Positions 36,701 through 50,151 are shown, numbered from the whole stretch's first letter. The stretch: DNA of 58,526 nucleotides, filler included, from Sphacelaria rigidula (GCA_964200075.2; 7 parts of 7 records of this genome joined end to end with filler, not necessarily neighbours in it); one strand, 5' to 3'. Notes: generated by a model from the letters alone, not told the origin. Numbers and translations are program-made.

Positions 36701-37983
36701 GTAAATAGTGTATACAGGTACAGGCATTTACTAAATACACGACCACAGCCGCCCGCAGATGTAAGGCAGTGCACATACTAGAATCGCTCTCGACGCCATG
36801 GCTTCTGCACTGGAGCCCTGACAAAAAGCAGCGCCTGGTGGCACGCAACCAAACTGCATATCGTCACAACTTGCTTGCGGCAAGAAAAAAAATATGCGCA
36901 CCGATTTTTTGGAATTTGCCATCTTCGACCTCGAACGACGCTACTGATCCTCAACCCCAAAGTGCCGATTGCGCAACGCTTACAACTCTGCAATGAAGCA
37001 GAGAATTGGACTGCGGTTTCTTGCGTGCGCTTCCCACACACTCAAGCTAGGTCGCCTAGTTACTTTTTCGCGTTTGCGCGTAATACTAAGTCGAAAAAAT
37101 CCCAAATATACTCAAATGAGGTTTTTTCCGCTCTGGGGGGGGGTTGTGGTCCACCTTTTGCGACTTGAGCTAAATGTGTAACCAGTTCTCCTAGATCTTG
37201 TGTGCATGCTGGGGGCTGTCAAATGCCGTGGGCCGGCTTCCTTCCTGTGTCGAGAACCGCGCAATCTCCAGTGCTACAGCTTCCCCATACTAACCCACGT
37301 TAATCAGTGATGAAGCATGTGCTTTTCGTGAGGGCCCCGGGATAGGTCCGACCACTTACTGACGTGTGTATTATTCCTCCGCGTCATTTTTTATTTTAAA
37401 TTTCGTGTAGATTTTGGTCGTAAGGGCCCCCATTCCTACCCATAACTGTATGGAAAGACGCCCGCACGACCTGGTCCAGGTGCACGCTGGGATGGGCAAG
37501 AAAACGACGTTGTCTCAGATTTTCATATCTTTCGACCGCTACCAAGTCAGGACAAGCTGAGCTTATGGTTATAATCGGCTAGTTAAGGCGGCCACAAGCA
37601 GCCATCCAAGATAGGAATCCGTCACCTTATCGTCGTGAAACTCGCGTCTCCACGAATGTATTTGTATTTCCGAATAGACCCAGACATTCTTCTACTTGGA
37701 ATACGATACGATAATTATAAGCGTGTAAACTTTCTAGATGAAAAAAGTGGTAAAACGTCTCAATTCAGCGATTTATCGTGGTCCAATTGTTCAGCCGAAA
37801 TTCCATGTTGTACTGCACGTAAATTTATATCTAAAGCAAATCTTGGTGCAGAAATCTGCGAATACCGCCACTCATAGCTTGGATTTCGGTTGGGACGTGA
37901 GATTTTGGAAGGTGATTTGCAAGGTGCTCTAAGGTACACGCCGACACATTCCGCGCAACCCCCGTTTTTTTTTCGCCCAATAA

Positions 37984-38203
37984 TTGGTCGTATCTAGGAG
38001 AAAACAATGCAGGGGGTAGCTCGAAACATGCCGCCGACCTCTCCGCAGTCAAGAGCTCAAACATTCGCCAAATCGCCATGGACAAATCACTGTTCGGGAG
38101 TTGGGAGCTAGCTGAGATTTTGACGCGTAATGTGCGGGGAAGTCGCCGATACAGTACCTTCGTTGTCTCCCCTTCTGTTTTGTTTGCGCCGAGATATGAC
38201 CAA
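37984..38203. repeat. Imperfect foldback (long hairpin)
   Basis: TTGGTCGTATCTAGGAGAAAACAA...CCGACCTCTCCGCA is mirrored by TGCGGGGAAGTCGCCG...TTGTTTGCGCCGAGATATGACCAA. Confidence 0.65.
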
Positions 38204-39576
38204 ACCAGTTTTTCCATGGATGGGAGAGTCGAAGCCCGGTCGACGACGAGAAAAATGGAGGAAGACGACCCCTGTCAGGAGCGACACTCAGTCTAATACA
38301 AAATGGAACACCGAGATGCGAGTTTACGACACCAACTTGGCGAATTCCCAAGCTGGATGGCTGAGCATGACCGCCTTAACTAGCCGCTTGCAACAACAAG
38401 CTCAGCTTACCCTTACTCAGTGCCCCTAGAAAAATGTTACCATCCTACACAGTTATGGGCGCGCCTGACCCCCCAAAATGAGCCAAAATAGTGTCACCGA
38501 CCAAAAGCACGAACAGACCGGAGATCCTGTTCGTCCCCTGATTATGCACGCCGTAAAATCCCTCAAAGTACCTGTGATCTGAGTGGGGTTTCCACTCGAC
38601 GTTGTCCCCCCTTTCGTCGTCCCGGACTATGAACCATGGCGTGCTTCGGCTACTCACCGGCGTGTATTTGTCCAAGCTACACTCTGACCGGATGGTTTTA
38701 CAAAAGAAGTCACGGTGATCGAGAAAATCGCGAAAAACCCATATATATATATATTTAACATAATCCGGTATAAAAATCGCATCCTGATGAAATAAAAAAA
38801 ATACATCCGGTCAAGTTGTAGCTGTCATCTTGGCGCAGATGGTGCAAAAAATCGCATCCCAATCGATGACCTTGGCGATAAGTAATCGGCCCACCAGTTT
38901 GGGCTATGATCGCAAACCAGCGCCTCCAACCCTCGTCGGTTTCCACAAAACGCGAAAACCTCACCTCTGTCCAACGGCCTCGAAATAGATGACACCCATG
39001 AATGACTCTTGATAGTGCAGATGGTTGATACATCGGATATGTGAAATTTTCGACAGGTGTAGAATTTGAACCTTCGACCGAACCTCAGAAGCAAGAATCA
39101 TCTTCGCGACCTCGCAGCAGCGAAGACACCAAATTGTAACACTAACCCTAACCACAACGAAGGCATACCGAGAATCCTCGGGCAAGAGGGGTGCGGCGTG
39201 TTCCCCAGGCGAAGGGTGCGTTGCCAGACCTCAAATCGGCGCCGATTTAGACAAAAACGCGTTCTGGGCACGCCAGGAGCATGCTGGGAGCACAGCCCCC
39301 ATCAAAGATCAGGATTTCGGTTTCCACACTAACATCACGATGGACCAACTTACCCTCCCGAATAGTAAAGTATACTGCGTCAAGACGACACACAAGACAG
39401 CATAAAGTCGTCGGCCCACTGTCGCTGAAGCCTCATGGCACTGAAGCCCCATTCATGTCTTTCAGTGGACCACCCGTCCTAAGGCACGCGTCTGTTGTAT
39501 CGGCACTGGTGTGTGACGGACGACGATTTGTTTTCATTCCATCTTGAAACACAGTAATATCTTTGAGTCTGATTAA

Positions 39577-39675
39577 ACCCTAGACCGCGAGGTCAGTCCA
39601 TTTGGATCATGCATACCTTTTTCAAGTGAAAATTGATGCCGATTCAGCAGGTGACCAACCCCCGCGGTCAAAGGG
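39577..39675. mobile_element. piggyBac-like MITE (~99 bp)
   Basis: TTAA|ACCCTAGACCGCG ... CGCGGTCAAAGGG|TTAA. Confidence 0.65.
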
Positions 39676-41462
39676 TTAATATCATATTCATGAAATGAAA
39701 AGCCATGCCCACGGAACAACAAATACACGTGCACAAGGCGAGCTATTCATCCGCCGAAATTTGTGGAACGATGGCATCCGACAAATGAAAAACCAAGCTC
39801 CTCAAAACATGACGAGGTGGTCGACAAACACCCACCCAGCCCACATCACAAACCCGGTGACTATTTGTACTCCACTCGTCTGTGTAGGGACCGTCTTCGT
39901 TGAAGATCATCAGTACATATGGCTCTGTCGCATGTTGAGCACATTATGTTGGTCAAATTTCGATCCGCATCCCCCCCCTAAATGGTTCAGTCTCCTGGTT
40001 TCAGTCACCGGCGTTGGGGTACAAACATGTTGATATTACTTGATTTGGGTGTGTACAACGAGAATCGGAATTTTAGTAGGGCTGACAGTGCCGTGTGCTC
40101 CTCGGGTGTGCAGAACGCGCTTTCGTTGAAATTGGCGCCACAGGCGCCAATTTAGGGTCTACCAAGGCCTTGCTTTGTTCAGGTAATTTCTGTACCGCCC
40201 TTACCCGAGGGTTCTCGGTGTGCGTCGGGTTGGATCAATCCAACTAGCCTCCTTGCATTTCCGTGTATCGCAAGCGCGGACGAAAAGTGACGCGGTGGCA
40301 TGTAATATATGAGGAACAATAACGGAAATAACGGTAGGGTTCCGATTTTTGAATGCAGTTCACTTTTCTCGATATAAACTGTGGATCCATGCCGTTCTCT
40401 TCCGATGACGAGAGGCGCATTCTACACCCACGAGCCTGATTAAGCCCCAAAAGTCGGTCTGTTCGTGTCTGTTCGTAATTTTGGTCGGTGACACTATTTT
40501 CGCTCATTTTGGGGCGTCAGGCGCGCCCGTAGCAGTGTAGGGTTCTTGACCGCCCTAGCTCGTAAGTATTGATTCACGCGCGATCGCTGACCGAAAATGA
40601 ACCGAGAAACTGTATACAGAAGAAAACGCAAGGCGATTCCATCGAGGGCGCAGCAACTGCTCACTCGAGGGCGTAATTCCTCATCCTGCCGCTGCAGTCG
40701 CCGCTTTATGTATGAAGTATTCAAATCGATCATTGATTTTTGAATATTTGAACTTTCCCCATGATCGTGTGACACCGCAACCTCGTTTCTCGCCCCTTTA
40801 CAGCAATGCGAACGCAAGAGCTCGTCGGGAGATACGCTAAAGATGCACTACACAGGTTCGTGCCCTATTGGAGGTTGTAGAGGAAACGAATGGCGCGTGC
40901 ATCAGCTTTGATTTCGTGCGGGTATGGAGAGTTTCGTGCGGGCATGGAGCTTCACACGAATTCATGATAAACGTATCCAACACGGTCTGGTGTCCGCGTT
41001 GCCATATAGTTTATTTATTTGCATCTAGAGGTGATTCAGATTTGAATGGGTGAAAAGGTTCTGATTTCTGGCTGTACGCTGTCTTCATCATATTCGTAAG
41101 TGCTATCAAGAGTGTAAAGGTATCCAGCGATCCACTTCCAGTGCTAAGCGCACGGCGTACCCCCATTCGGTACAAGAGGTTGCCTCGGAGGGACAATCGC
41201 TGCCGGGCACCTCTCAAAGTATTCGAGAGCGCTGCATAATTATGCTAGGACATGGATACGGATGTCCATCTCGGACATTAATCTGGGATATGGTTATCCA
41301 CCTGGGTTTTGATATCGATTTGGGGCATGTGTGTCCACTAAACACTACATCTTCACCTGGGATGTGCATTTGGTACTTACGTTCGGGATTTACACCTGGA
41401 ATATGGGTACCCATCGAGGCCCCATGTCTAGACCTGGGATGCGCCTTCGGGATATCCATCTG

Positions 41463-41700
41463 CGGCGCCGTGCTAGTCTAATGGTACAACTGACACCGTT
41501 AGGTGGGAAAAAAACGCGAGTTCGGCTCCCGCCAGGTGCGTTGAGTCTGGTCTTTTCTCACGAGTATCTGATTTCCGTCGTTGTCAACGTGAGGAAATGA
41601 ACAGCAAAAATATTTCGATTGATCCTTGGACGACAGTCGACGCGGTGGGGGAGTGCTGGTGGTCAGGATCCAATCCGTGATACCAAAATGTATGCCGAGC
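41463..41700 (+). mobile_element. tRNA-derived SINE, family E, copy 3
   Basis: A box TAGTCTAATGG (~41473) and B-box-like GAGTTCGGCTCC (~41518); the body matches the other copies. Confidence 0.65.
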
Positions 41701-41701
41701 A

Positions 41702-41776
41702 GGGGTGTACTCATGATCATGCATGCCATAGTCATAAGACCATTGACCTTGCACCCCTACAAAGCCGGGACGGAGC
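41702..41776 (+). repeat. Family A repeat truncated at contig end
   Basis: GTACTCATGATCATGCATGCCATAGTCATAAGACCATTGACC...AAAGCCGGGACGGAGC. Confidence 0.85.
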
Positions 41777-41876
41777 NNNNNNNNNNNNNNNNNNNNNNNN
41801 NNNNNNNNNNNNNNNNNNNNTTAATTAATTAANNNNNNNNNNNNNNNNNNNNNNNNNNNNNNNNNNNNNNNNNNNN
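41777..41876. other. Artificial contig spacer
   Basis: N44-TTAATTAATTAA-N44. Confidence 0.97.
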
Positions 41877-42139
41877 CTCCTCCAAACAAAGAGGGTACCC
41901 AGGTTTGTCGCTAATGCACCATGGTATACCCTACTGTGACGTTTGCCCTATATTCTGGACTGTTATTCCTGAAATTCCGACATCCACCCCCATAAAATGC
42001 TGTGTAAGCAGCCCTCTACAACCGGGCTCATCGTAGAGGGTCGTCAGAGGGCTCTGGACCTTGTAGATGGTCGTCTCCACCTTTAGAAGGTGGTCTCAAG
42101 GTGTAGCAAAGTGTCCACTTGTGATATAACGCTCAAGTG

Positions 42140-42596
42140 GTGCTACATCTGGCTGCGTTGCCATTCCGTTAGAGAGGTCATGACGTCTTGTACCACCGTT
42201 ATGGGTGGTATGTTGGAAAATCATTGCAACGTGGCTGCTTCGTTTGGAAGTGCTGCAATTCCGGTGCGGCCCAAAAAGCACGCGGTTCTGCCATGCATTA
42301 CAGTAGCGCTAGTGCAGTGAAGGATAGTGTACGGTACAACACAGACTCGCTACTACTGCTTTAGTACAGTCAGCGCCGTGCCGGCCTACGCGTTTTCGAA
42401 CTGGACGCTGGTCGATCGCACATTTGGAGGGTAACCTGCGGCCAACCATTGCGACAAAAAACATGTACATCAAGCCACGTCGCATCAGCCTCCGCTGTAA
42501 ACGTTTCAGCGTCCACTCTGAGCTTTCAAAAGCTTCCACTCTGAAGTTCTTCCACTAAGACTCTATGATGCGAAAACGTTTTTTCCGAAACTCTCT
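42140..42596 (-). mobile_element. Second (partial) copy of the ATT-flanked TIR element
   Basis: Reverse-complement homology to ~13392-13990; ends TTCCGAAACTCTCT|AAT. Confidence 0.75.
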
Positions 42597-42650
42597 AATA
42601 TTTGCTGTTCTGTGCCTGACGCTCAACTGTGAAACCCACACAATGTATAG

Positions 42651-42770
42651 GCATCATCGCCTCCAAGCGCTGCGACCACGTGTCGATCCAGGGAAACACC
42701 GTGTACGGCGGCGGGGAAACTTCAGCAGGAATTTTCTTGCACCGCAGCGCCGACGACGCCATCGTCAAAA
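42651..42770 (+). CDS. Mannuronan C5-epimerase, internal exon
   Basis: Bounded by TATAG|GC and AAAA|GTGAGG (phase 1/1). Encodes GIIASKRCDHVSIQGNTVYGGGETSAGIFLHRSADDAIVK, the AlgG-type GII.S..C and GI.LHR.S beta-helix motifs. Confidence 0.9.
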
Positions 42771-44018
42771 GTGAGGATTGCTGGAAGAAAGAATGCCTTT
42801 TGTCGATGACAACGACAGTGTAGCCGTCTTGACTTTGCCGTGACCACAGGCCACACTGCTGCAGTGCGACACACTGACTCCTGTGGTCCACAACACCTGT
42901 CCACTCCTTGTTTGGGGAGAGAGTGCCTTTGCAACATTCTAAGGCCCACAGTTATCTACGCTGATTTTCCGGAGGCATCCGAGATATAATCGGGACTGGC
43001 ATGGTTTCTGGTGGCTCTCGAATTGTTGCGAGCGCCACCGCGTACACACAAGGCGGCTCTCCGAAGTGCTTCGTTGCAGTCCGAAATTTTCAGAGGTGTC
43101 AAATAAAGCTTCGGAGAAAGAATCAGGTCATCCGTTTTCGGAGAAGTTTGAACGCAGAGTCTGAACCCCGAAATATTCTTACATGTGCGAAGAAACAGTG
43201 TCGATAAGGTGCATGAATTTGATCATGTTTTCCCGGAGATCTGCGAAGTTTTGGACATGGACGACGCACGCTCGAAAGCGTGTGAGCGCCGCAGTGTACA
43301 CACAGGGCAGGTCTCCGAAGTGCTGGGTTGCAATATCAAAGAGTCGGACTTGTCCAAAGAATGAGGTTCGGAGAAAAAAGAAAGCTGCCTCATCGTTGGA
43401 GAAACCCGAACGCGGAGCCTGATGTGGACACTTTCTACGTTCCCCCCCCCCCCCCCCCCCCCCCCACATGGGGGGGGGGGGAAAGACAAACGCAAAAATA
43501 ACAAGGGAAAACAGGGAAGAACAGGAAGCAGGGAGNNNNNNNNNNAAGTGCATGGTTTTGGGAGGCAAAATCTTCACGTAAATCGAAATGGGAAAAGCCG
43601 AGCACGACGAGAAGCTGGGAATTTTAACGCTAGGGTTCGTTCTAGCCAATATCGCCAATATGAGGCGCTTCATACAGCCTCATCCCGAACATCAGGCGCT
43701 CTATGGCCATTTCTTTCGTGACACTTTTAGTTGGTTTTGGGGCGGGGCTGTCGTAGAAAGTGTCTGTGTCTCTGAAAAGTCGGAGATCTCCGGAAAAATA
43801 GTGTCGAGACTAATGGGCCTGAAAACAAGACTGCTGTCATGTCCACATGGACACTACCTTCCCCTTTTTACCGACAACCCCCCCGTCCCCCCCACCAGCC
43901 TTCTCGCACGGGATGCGTGGTCAACGGTCGAATGACTGAGGTAAGCAACAAATGGATAAGCATCCTTCCTCCTCCCCTCCTATTTTACCCCCATGCAATG
44001 TGCGCGCTATACTCGCAG

Positions 44019-44181
44019 ACAACAATGTCTACAACAATGGTGACGCCGGTATGGCGTTGATGGAGAGCGCTCGGGCTCAAGTGAGCGACAACACCTTCAC
44101 GAACAACAAGTACGGCGTGCGTCTGTCTGTTGGGTCCGCAGATAATAGATTCGCACGGAACACTTTCGAACACAGCACTCG
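44019..44181 (+). CDS. Mannuronan C5-epimerase, penultimate exon
   Basis: Bounded by CGCAG|AC and CG|GTGAGT (phase 1/2). Encodes NNVYNNGDAGMALMESARAQVSDNTFTNNKYGVRLSVGSADN. Confidence 0.9.
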
Positions 44182-44819
44182 GTGAGTTCCATGTTCAGTA
44201 ACATACGGGAAAGTGTTGACCGTGGTTTGCTTGGTGACCGATCGATGCCCAGAGAAAGTATAACAGGTTGCCCCCCCTTCGTGATCTCAATTTACAATCA
44301 AAATCCATTTGCCCGTGCTCTCTCTGTGTAGCGGAGTGTTGCTACAGATTCGATACTCCGTACAGTCCATACGTGAAACAGGTCAGATCGTGACAGATCG
44401 GGGTCGGCTCATCTAGGGCACATATCGATATTTTTTCCGAAATGTGCTGTCCCCCCGTGCACGTTTGGTCGATGAAGAGTTTTTGTAGAGAACCCGTTTG
44501 ACCCGTACGTAAATATTTGCCAAGTGACGAGCTATATGACCCGCTTCACACACACTGTACATCATCATATAGTTGTATGCCTCTTCTGTATAATTTGTGT
44601 GCCGTCTGTGAAACATCACATAGTTGCCGTCCATATTAATTGACTACTTATTCGAACGCAGCAGCTTTTCGTCGACCCGTGTGATTTGAATCTCAAAAAG
44701 CTATCCTCTACCTGTGGAATCCGAAGCCAGTATACAAAATATAGGTTTCCGCGTCCGTAAGATTCGAATCCACACACGCGGCCATATGGCTACCCCCAAA
44801 CAGGCTCCCGGGCGGTCAA

Positions 44820-45130
44820 CCTTTGGAGCCCCCAGTGGAATGAAATGTCTCCGGAGGGGGGTCTGATCCTCCAGAGGGATGCGTGGCCCTCCAAAGGAGT
44901 GTTTTATCTTTATCCCAGAGGGACTAAACGCCCCTGGAGGCTTGTTTTTGCCTCTGAAGGGCCGCACATCCCTCCAGTGGCTTTTTGCTACGCCCAAGTT
45001 CCTCGGCAGGTGTGCGCGGCCCTCCAGGGCGGTAGTGTTTGGCTTCCTCTAGAGCGATTGAAGACCTCCGGAGGTTTGCTTTTGCCTCTGAAGGGCCGCG
45101 CATCCCTCCGGAGGCATTCTGGAGAGGATA
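44820..45130. repeat. Degenerate GC-rich tandem array (CCTCCRG / TTTTGCCTCTGAAGGGCCGC units), intronic
   Basis: TTTTGCCTCTGAAGGGCCGC occurs at ~44946 and ~45080, with multiple CCTCCRG motifs. Confidence 0.7.
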
Positions 45131-46065
45131 GCCAGATGGCCGCGTGTGCAGAATACACGAAGTATTCAGTATTCCTCGCCTGCTAACCTGCATGGCCTTG
45201 TTGCGTGGTGCATGTTTACAATACCGTAGGCTGACTGTAACAACCCGGGCACATGGAGCATGAGCTGCTCGCCCCAGTGACGTCACTTCTTCTATAAGTT
45301 GTGCCTGTGGCAGTATAGACGACTGTTTCGCATTTCCTCGTTCAGGATACGCGCGTATGTGCGCTAGAAAAGGGCGGATCGCTATGATTCTATGGTCAAT
45401 TGATGCATTATGACGCTGTTCAGCCAGAGTCTGACGTTTTTTTCCAGGGGAAGGTTATAGACGTGTACATTGCCGGCGTTAATGAGGCACGGGTGGCCCC
45501 AGCAAGCCCGCCCGACCATCAGCCGTATGGACTTTGTGATCTGCGAGTGATTTGACATTCGTATAACCCGTTTGACCTACACACATTTCTTTGCTGGTGA
45601 CCTGAAGAACCCGGTAGCTCTGTATTCATGGCTTGATGAGCGATCTGCTGTGACCCGTGTGATTCGTACAAGTCCGCTTGATGTTGATCTGTATGACTCG
45701 CGTTGCATGTGATGAGTTTCCCTCAGTGATTTGTATACTCCATTCTATCTGTACAGTGCCTTGGACACACCCTTCATGACTCGTACAAGATACCTCGTGA
45801 TTGATGACACCCGGGACACGGGAACCGTTTCATAACTAGTTGCTCTGTGTCATCCGAATCGTCTACACAAACGTGTTCTCACCCTGCCTGTATTACCTGG
45901 ATGACACGAATAACAATCTGTCCGACGTGTGGTCCAGTTGAAGACGAGATCGTTTCGGAGAACCGTTTGAATCCTGCCTCTAAACTCGCCTTTCCCACCT
46001 GATGTGATATCGTTGTTTTTTATAATTTCGCCTTTGCCATCTATTCCAAATCATCGGTGTCAAAG

Positions 46066-46387
46066 GTATGGTCTTTATACGTACGCAGGAAGCGACCTTC
46101 CAGAGGTCATGGACACCGGCCGCAATCAGGCCAATGTCTTCGTCAGAAACGTGATTAGAGGGGGGCCGCAGAGCATCAAGTTTAAGGAGGCTGACGACAC
46201 TTCGGTAATCAACAACACTTTCGAAGATGCCGAACTCATACAGTTTCAAGATTCCACCGGGACCTGGGTGACCAACAACTCTGGGTTGGAAGATGTGGAA
46301 GTGAAAGTACAGGAGGAGTCGTGTTTTGCGCCGCAATCTGCGTACCTCCCGATGTGTCTCACTGTCCTCTCTTCAAGTAACGCTTGA
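46066..46387 (+). CDS. Mannuronan C5-epimerase, last exon
   Basis: Acceptor CAAAG|G (phase 2). Encodes YGLYTYAGSDLPEVMDTGRNQANVF...IKFKEADDTSVINNTF...SCF up to the TGA at 46387. Confidence 0.88.
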
Positions 46388-48379
46388 AGTGTTCAGAAGT
46401 ATTCTACAATTCCCGCACCGGGTGCTGAGTTTATGCTCTGATGCTAAAAAGGCGCCGCTCTGTCAGTGCCGTCCCATTTCCTGGCGAGGTTTCAAGTTGG
46501 TGGTTCTTGTGTCGTGGTGCAGCTGCGCTTTCCCTCGGGATCTTCATGAGGAACCATGCGCCAATATGTTTAATCCTTTGCGAGGAGAGGGAGGCGGTAG
46601 TTCCTTCCTTGTGCACGGTAACGTGGAACTGATACAGGAGTCATGCTACGAGGGGGGGGGGGGGGGGAGGGTTGGTTCCACGAAATAATGGACTCATAAA
46701 TGCTTCAGACGTAACACATTCACAGTGCGCTTGTATTTGGGTGAAAGCGGGGTCAAGAAGTATGAATGAGCGATATTTATCGGAAGCAAGCGCGTTTGAA
46801 CAACCGTTGCTGCTATTAACGACGATTTCAAGTAGAACTTCGTGGAAGAAAACGACCCAAGACACCCCCCTCTATGGCAGAATGACTCACACGCAGATTA
46901 TGAAGCTGTGTTTCAGAGGTGAGCGATATTTTCCGTGGCGAAGCTCGCCTTGAGCGGGATTTTGGTCAAGTGTATAGTCAATTCGTTTTACAACAGATGT
47001 GGAGCAAAGGTCGTCGGGTTTGTCAACGCGCAAGGTTTTGAGGAGAATATTTGGTATATATTATATGTGGTCCAAAATGCACGTGGTCCTCCCACGCACT
47101 ACAACAGTCTACATGAAGTTCATTTTTTTTTTTGAGAACTCCGCGTTGTTGGAAGGGGGGAAAAAGGCAGAGTTCGAGTACGTTAAGGTCCTCTCCCTTG
47201 GTCGCGTGTTTGTATGTTTTCGTATTATTTTGGGTCGTTTTCCTTATTGGTAATGTTATGATTATTGTTATTTATTGTCATCGTTACTGATATTTTCGTT
47301 ATTATTGTCCCTGTCATTTTTGTGATGGGATAGTGACAGCGGTATAAACTGGCCGTCGTCATTCTCTACGCTACGATAAGAATTGGCGGACAGGTAGGAT
47401 AAGTAGAGTTTTAGGAAAATATTTATGCGTATAGCACGGAGTTATACGAGATATGAGCAGTTAGGTTTGCGAGATTGATCAATGTGTTTCAGGGGCACAT
47501 GCGCGAGATATCAACCGGTAGTTCGCGAGACTGATAATCATGTTTCGGGGGTGCATGCGCGTGGTTGTTGCAGTGCGTCATAAGACGTGCTTGTGAACAC
47601 ATTTGGTGGTAGAGTTCGGTTGAACAGCAGAATATGAGAGTTACCGATGGAAAGGTGTTGAAACGTACGTTGCGATGATTGAAGTAGAATTTTGTAGAAT
47701 AGCGTGAATCTTTATATGTAGCTGCGATACAGCATTCTGTTTGCAACCCCGGTCGCCATGTTTTTCAAAACCTTGCCTTCGAAATCAACAGTACAGTAGA
47801 GTCTTTCTATGGTAGCTCCCCCCTAGAAATAGCTTGAAACGTGCTTCCGAAGAATCGGCGATACAGGGTATCAGAGCTGGTTTCAAGTGCATAGCGCGCC
47901 TCATGTAGGCACGGTGGCTGGTTGCTCACTGCAAGACGCGTTCCATGTAGGCGACGCTGGCGAAAACGAGACCAAGCGCTTAGCGTGAGACTTCCCATCG
48001 TTCGTTGCGCTCGGCCGTTCTTAGGTTGACATGACGCCGACCAGCTCAAAAGGCTGGCGATTCGTCAGACGGGAGATATTGGATTCGGGGTCAGTTTGAC
48101 ACCCCCCCCCCCGCCCTGCCTCGCTCAAGATGAGCATACTGGAGGCTGAGGCAAGAACGACGACACTGCACCTAATCTCAGCTTAGTTAGGGGGCAGCGA
48201 TAAAACCTATTCTGGACAAATAGGCCCCAAGATGAAAACAAGTCCAGTTTTTGACTGGGGAGAGACACCCAGCCGTGTGTCCCCTGGTTTATTGCCGAGG
48301 CGTTGGTGCATGCGGTCAGGCGCCGTGGACCGACAGCAGAGATCCTTACATGTACATCTATAATTTCACATTGTCCACC

Positions 48380-49770
48380 ACCTTTGCCGAGTTTTCCCTG
48401 GCGTCAAAGCATTTTTTCCCACGCTTTCTTTTGCAGCGGTTTGGGTATCATCTGATACCTGTGGCGCGTGTCCTGGCCACCGAAAGTCGCTCAAACTGTC
48501 TCTTTTTCCCGGGGTGTCGATCCCGAACCACAAAAGCCTTTCAGTATCATGGAAAACTTGAAACAGGAACGCGAACCAAAAAGCCTGGTGGAATACATGA
48601 ATAACTTCAAGGAGCAAGGTGACTTTTGGCGGGACATTTTCCCCGCGTGTTTCTTTTCGTCGCGTTTTGGTTATTATGGAGCACGAGCACACCAATTATG
48701 CCGCTAATGTCACGAGAACATGAAAGCGAAGCAGTTGAAAACAGTTGAACATTGCCTTCGCCTCAGGCAGCAGCAAACACAAGGCCGTGCAATGAGCCGT
48801 TGGCGAGTTGAACAAGGCACACACGTGGGCAAACGTCCCCACTATGGGTCACCTGTGTAGGACCAGCGCAGGGGGGTGTCGAAATCCCCGTGATCATGCA
48901 ACCCAAAACACAGAGTTCCCTCACAGGATGCACCTGTGAAGTATCGGCGACAGACACGGACATCCTTACGCAGGTACTTTACAGGGACATCTCTACGCCA
49001 GTACTTCACAGGTTAATACCTGTAAGTTAGCCCGCCGCTTCGCTAGGCATATACACGGCGGTGCAACTGTCAAGGAACTGTGGAGGGATGTCCCCACTGG
49101 GGGCACTCAACAAGTATAGTTGCTCACATAAATAATACAGTAGTTGGGATCAATTCATCTGTGGATACAGGGTGTGGTTCCATATGCACACAGTATACTG
49201 TATACTACAGACGGTACATTGCGTTCCTATGCCTGGCACCTCGGGTATACCATACACGTCCTACACCGGCGGTTCCGCCGACGGCCTCCGTCCGACTTCC
49301 CATACTTTTGAACGACATCCAATAACACGTGCGATGTTTAGGACAGCCATGACCACTGCTGCACATTAAGATACAACAGTGTCTTCTCTTACTCATGTAT
49401 TTTCGACTTGCGTCACCCCCGGGAGGCCCGTACCACCGTACCAACCTGCCGAAGGGGAACCTTGTGTCTATATATTATGTATATTATATAATGTTATATG
49501 TACATGTATCATTTATTTCGCGTTTTTCTCCTACTTTTGCCGAGTTTTCTCTGGCTGAAAGGCATCGTAGCCCGCACTCTTATTTGCAGTGCACGGATAA
49601 GGGTCAGCGGTACATTACAGTTCAGGTTTGGGTATCATCTGATACCTGTGGCGCGTGTTCTGGCCAACGAAAGTCGCCCCCACTGGCTCTCTTTCGCGGG
49701 GTGTCGATACCGAACCACAAAAGCCTCCTCAAGATCGTAAAAAAACTGGAAGCAAGAACCCGAACCAAAG
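48380..49770. repeat. Dispersed direct duplication of ~200-240 bp (48380-48590 and 49530-49770)
   Basis: Shared GGTTTGGGTATCATCTGATACCTGTGGCGCGTGT.CTGGCCA.CGAAAGTCGC...CCGAACCACAAAAGCCT. Confidence 0.85.
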
Positions 49771-50151
49771 CAGCGTGTTCATGGCGGGGCATTTCTTCAT
49801 CACAAACACAAGTCAGAACATCTAATATCCGTTACTCTTTAGTTTTGACATGAAGCGTCTAATACCGCCATATCTAGGTCATGCGGTTCCCTGTTGTGCG
49901 AACTCAACAGCCCACAAAAGCATGTTTAACTCTTAGACACCGACCCCCCGATGGTAGACTGAGGTGGATACTACATTTTTGGGGTTCAGTATCATTCCTT
50001 TGTCACAACTCAAAACGCCTACTCTACGGCGGAAGGGACCTGGAGTGCATGAGAGGTACATAGTTACGTCATAACACAGACGGTGGTGTCGTTGTCGACC
50101 ACCCGATTAGTACGCCTCATATTTTTGCTGTGCAGTCTGTAGTGTATCGTG

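Noticed and set aside
39142-39153. CTAACCCTAACC as an interstitial telomere
   Set aside because: Only two units; expected by chance or within repeats.
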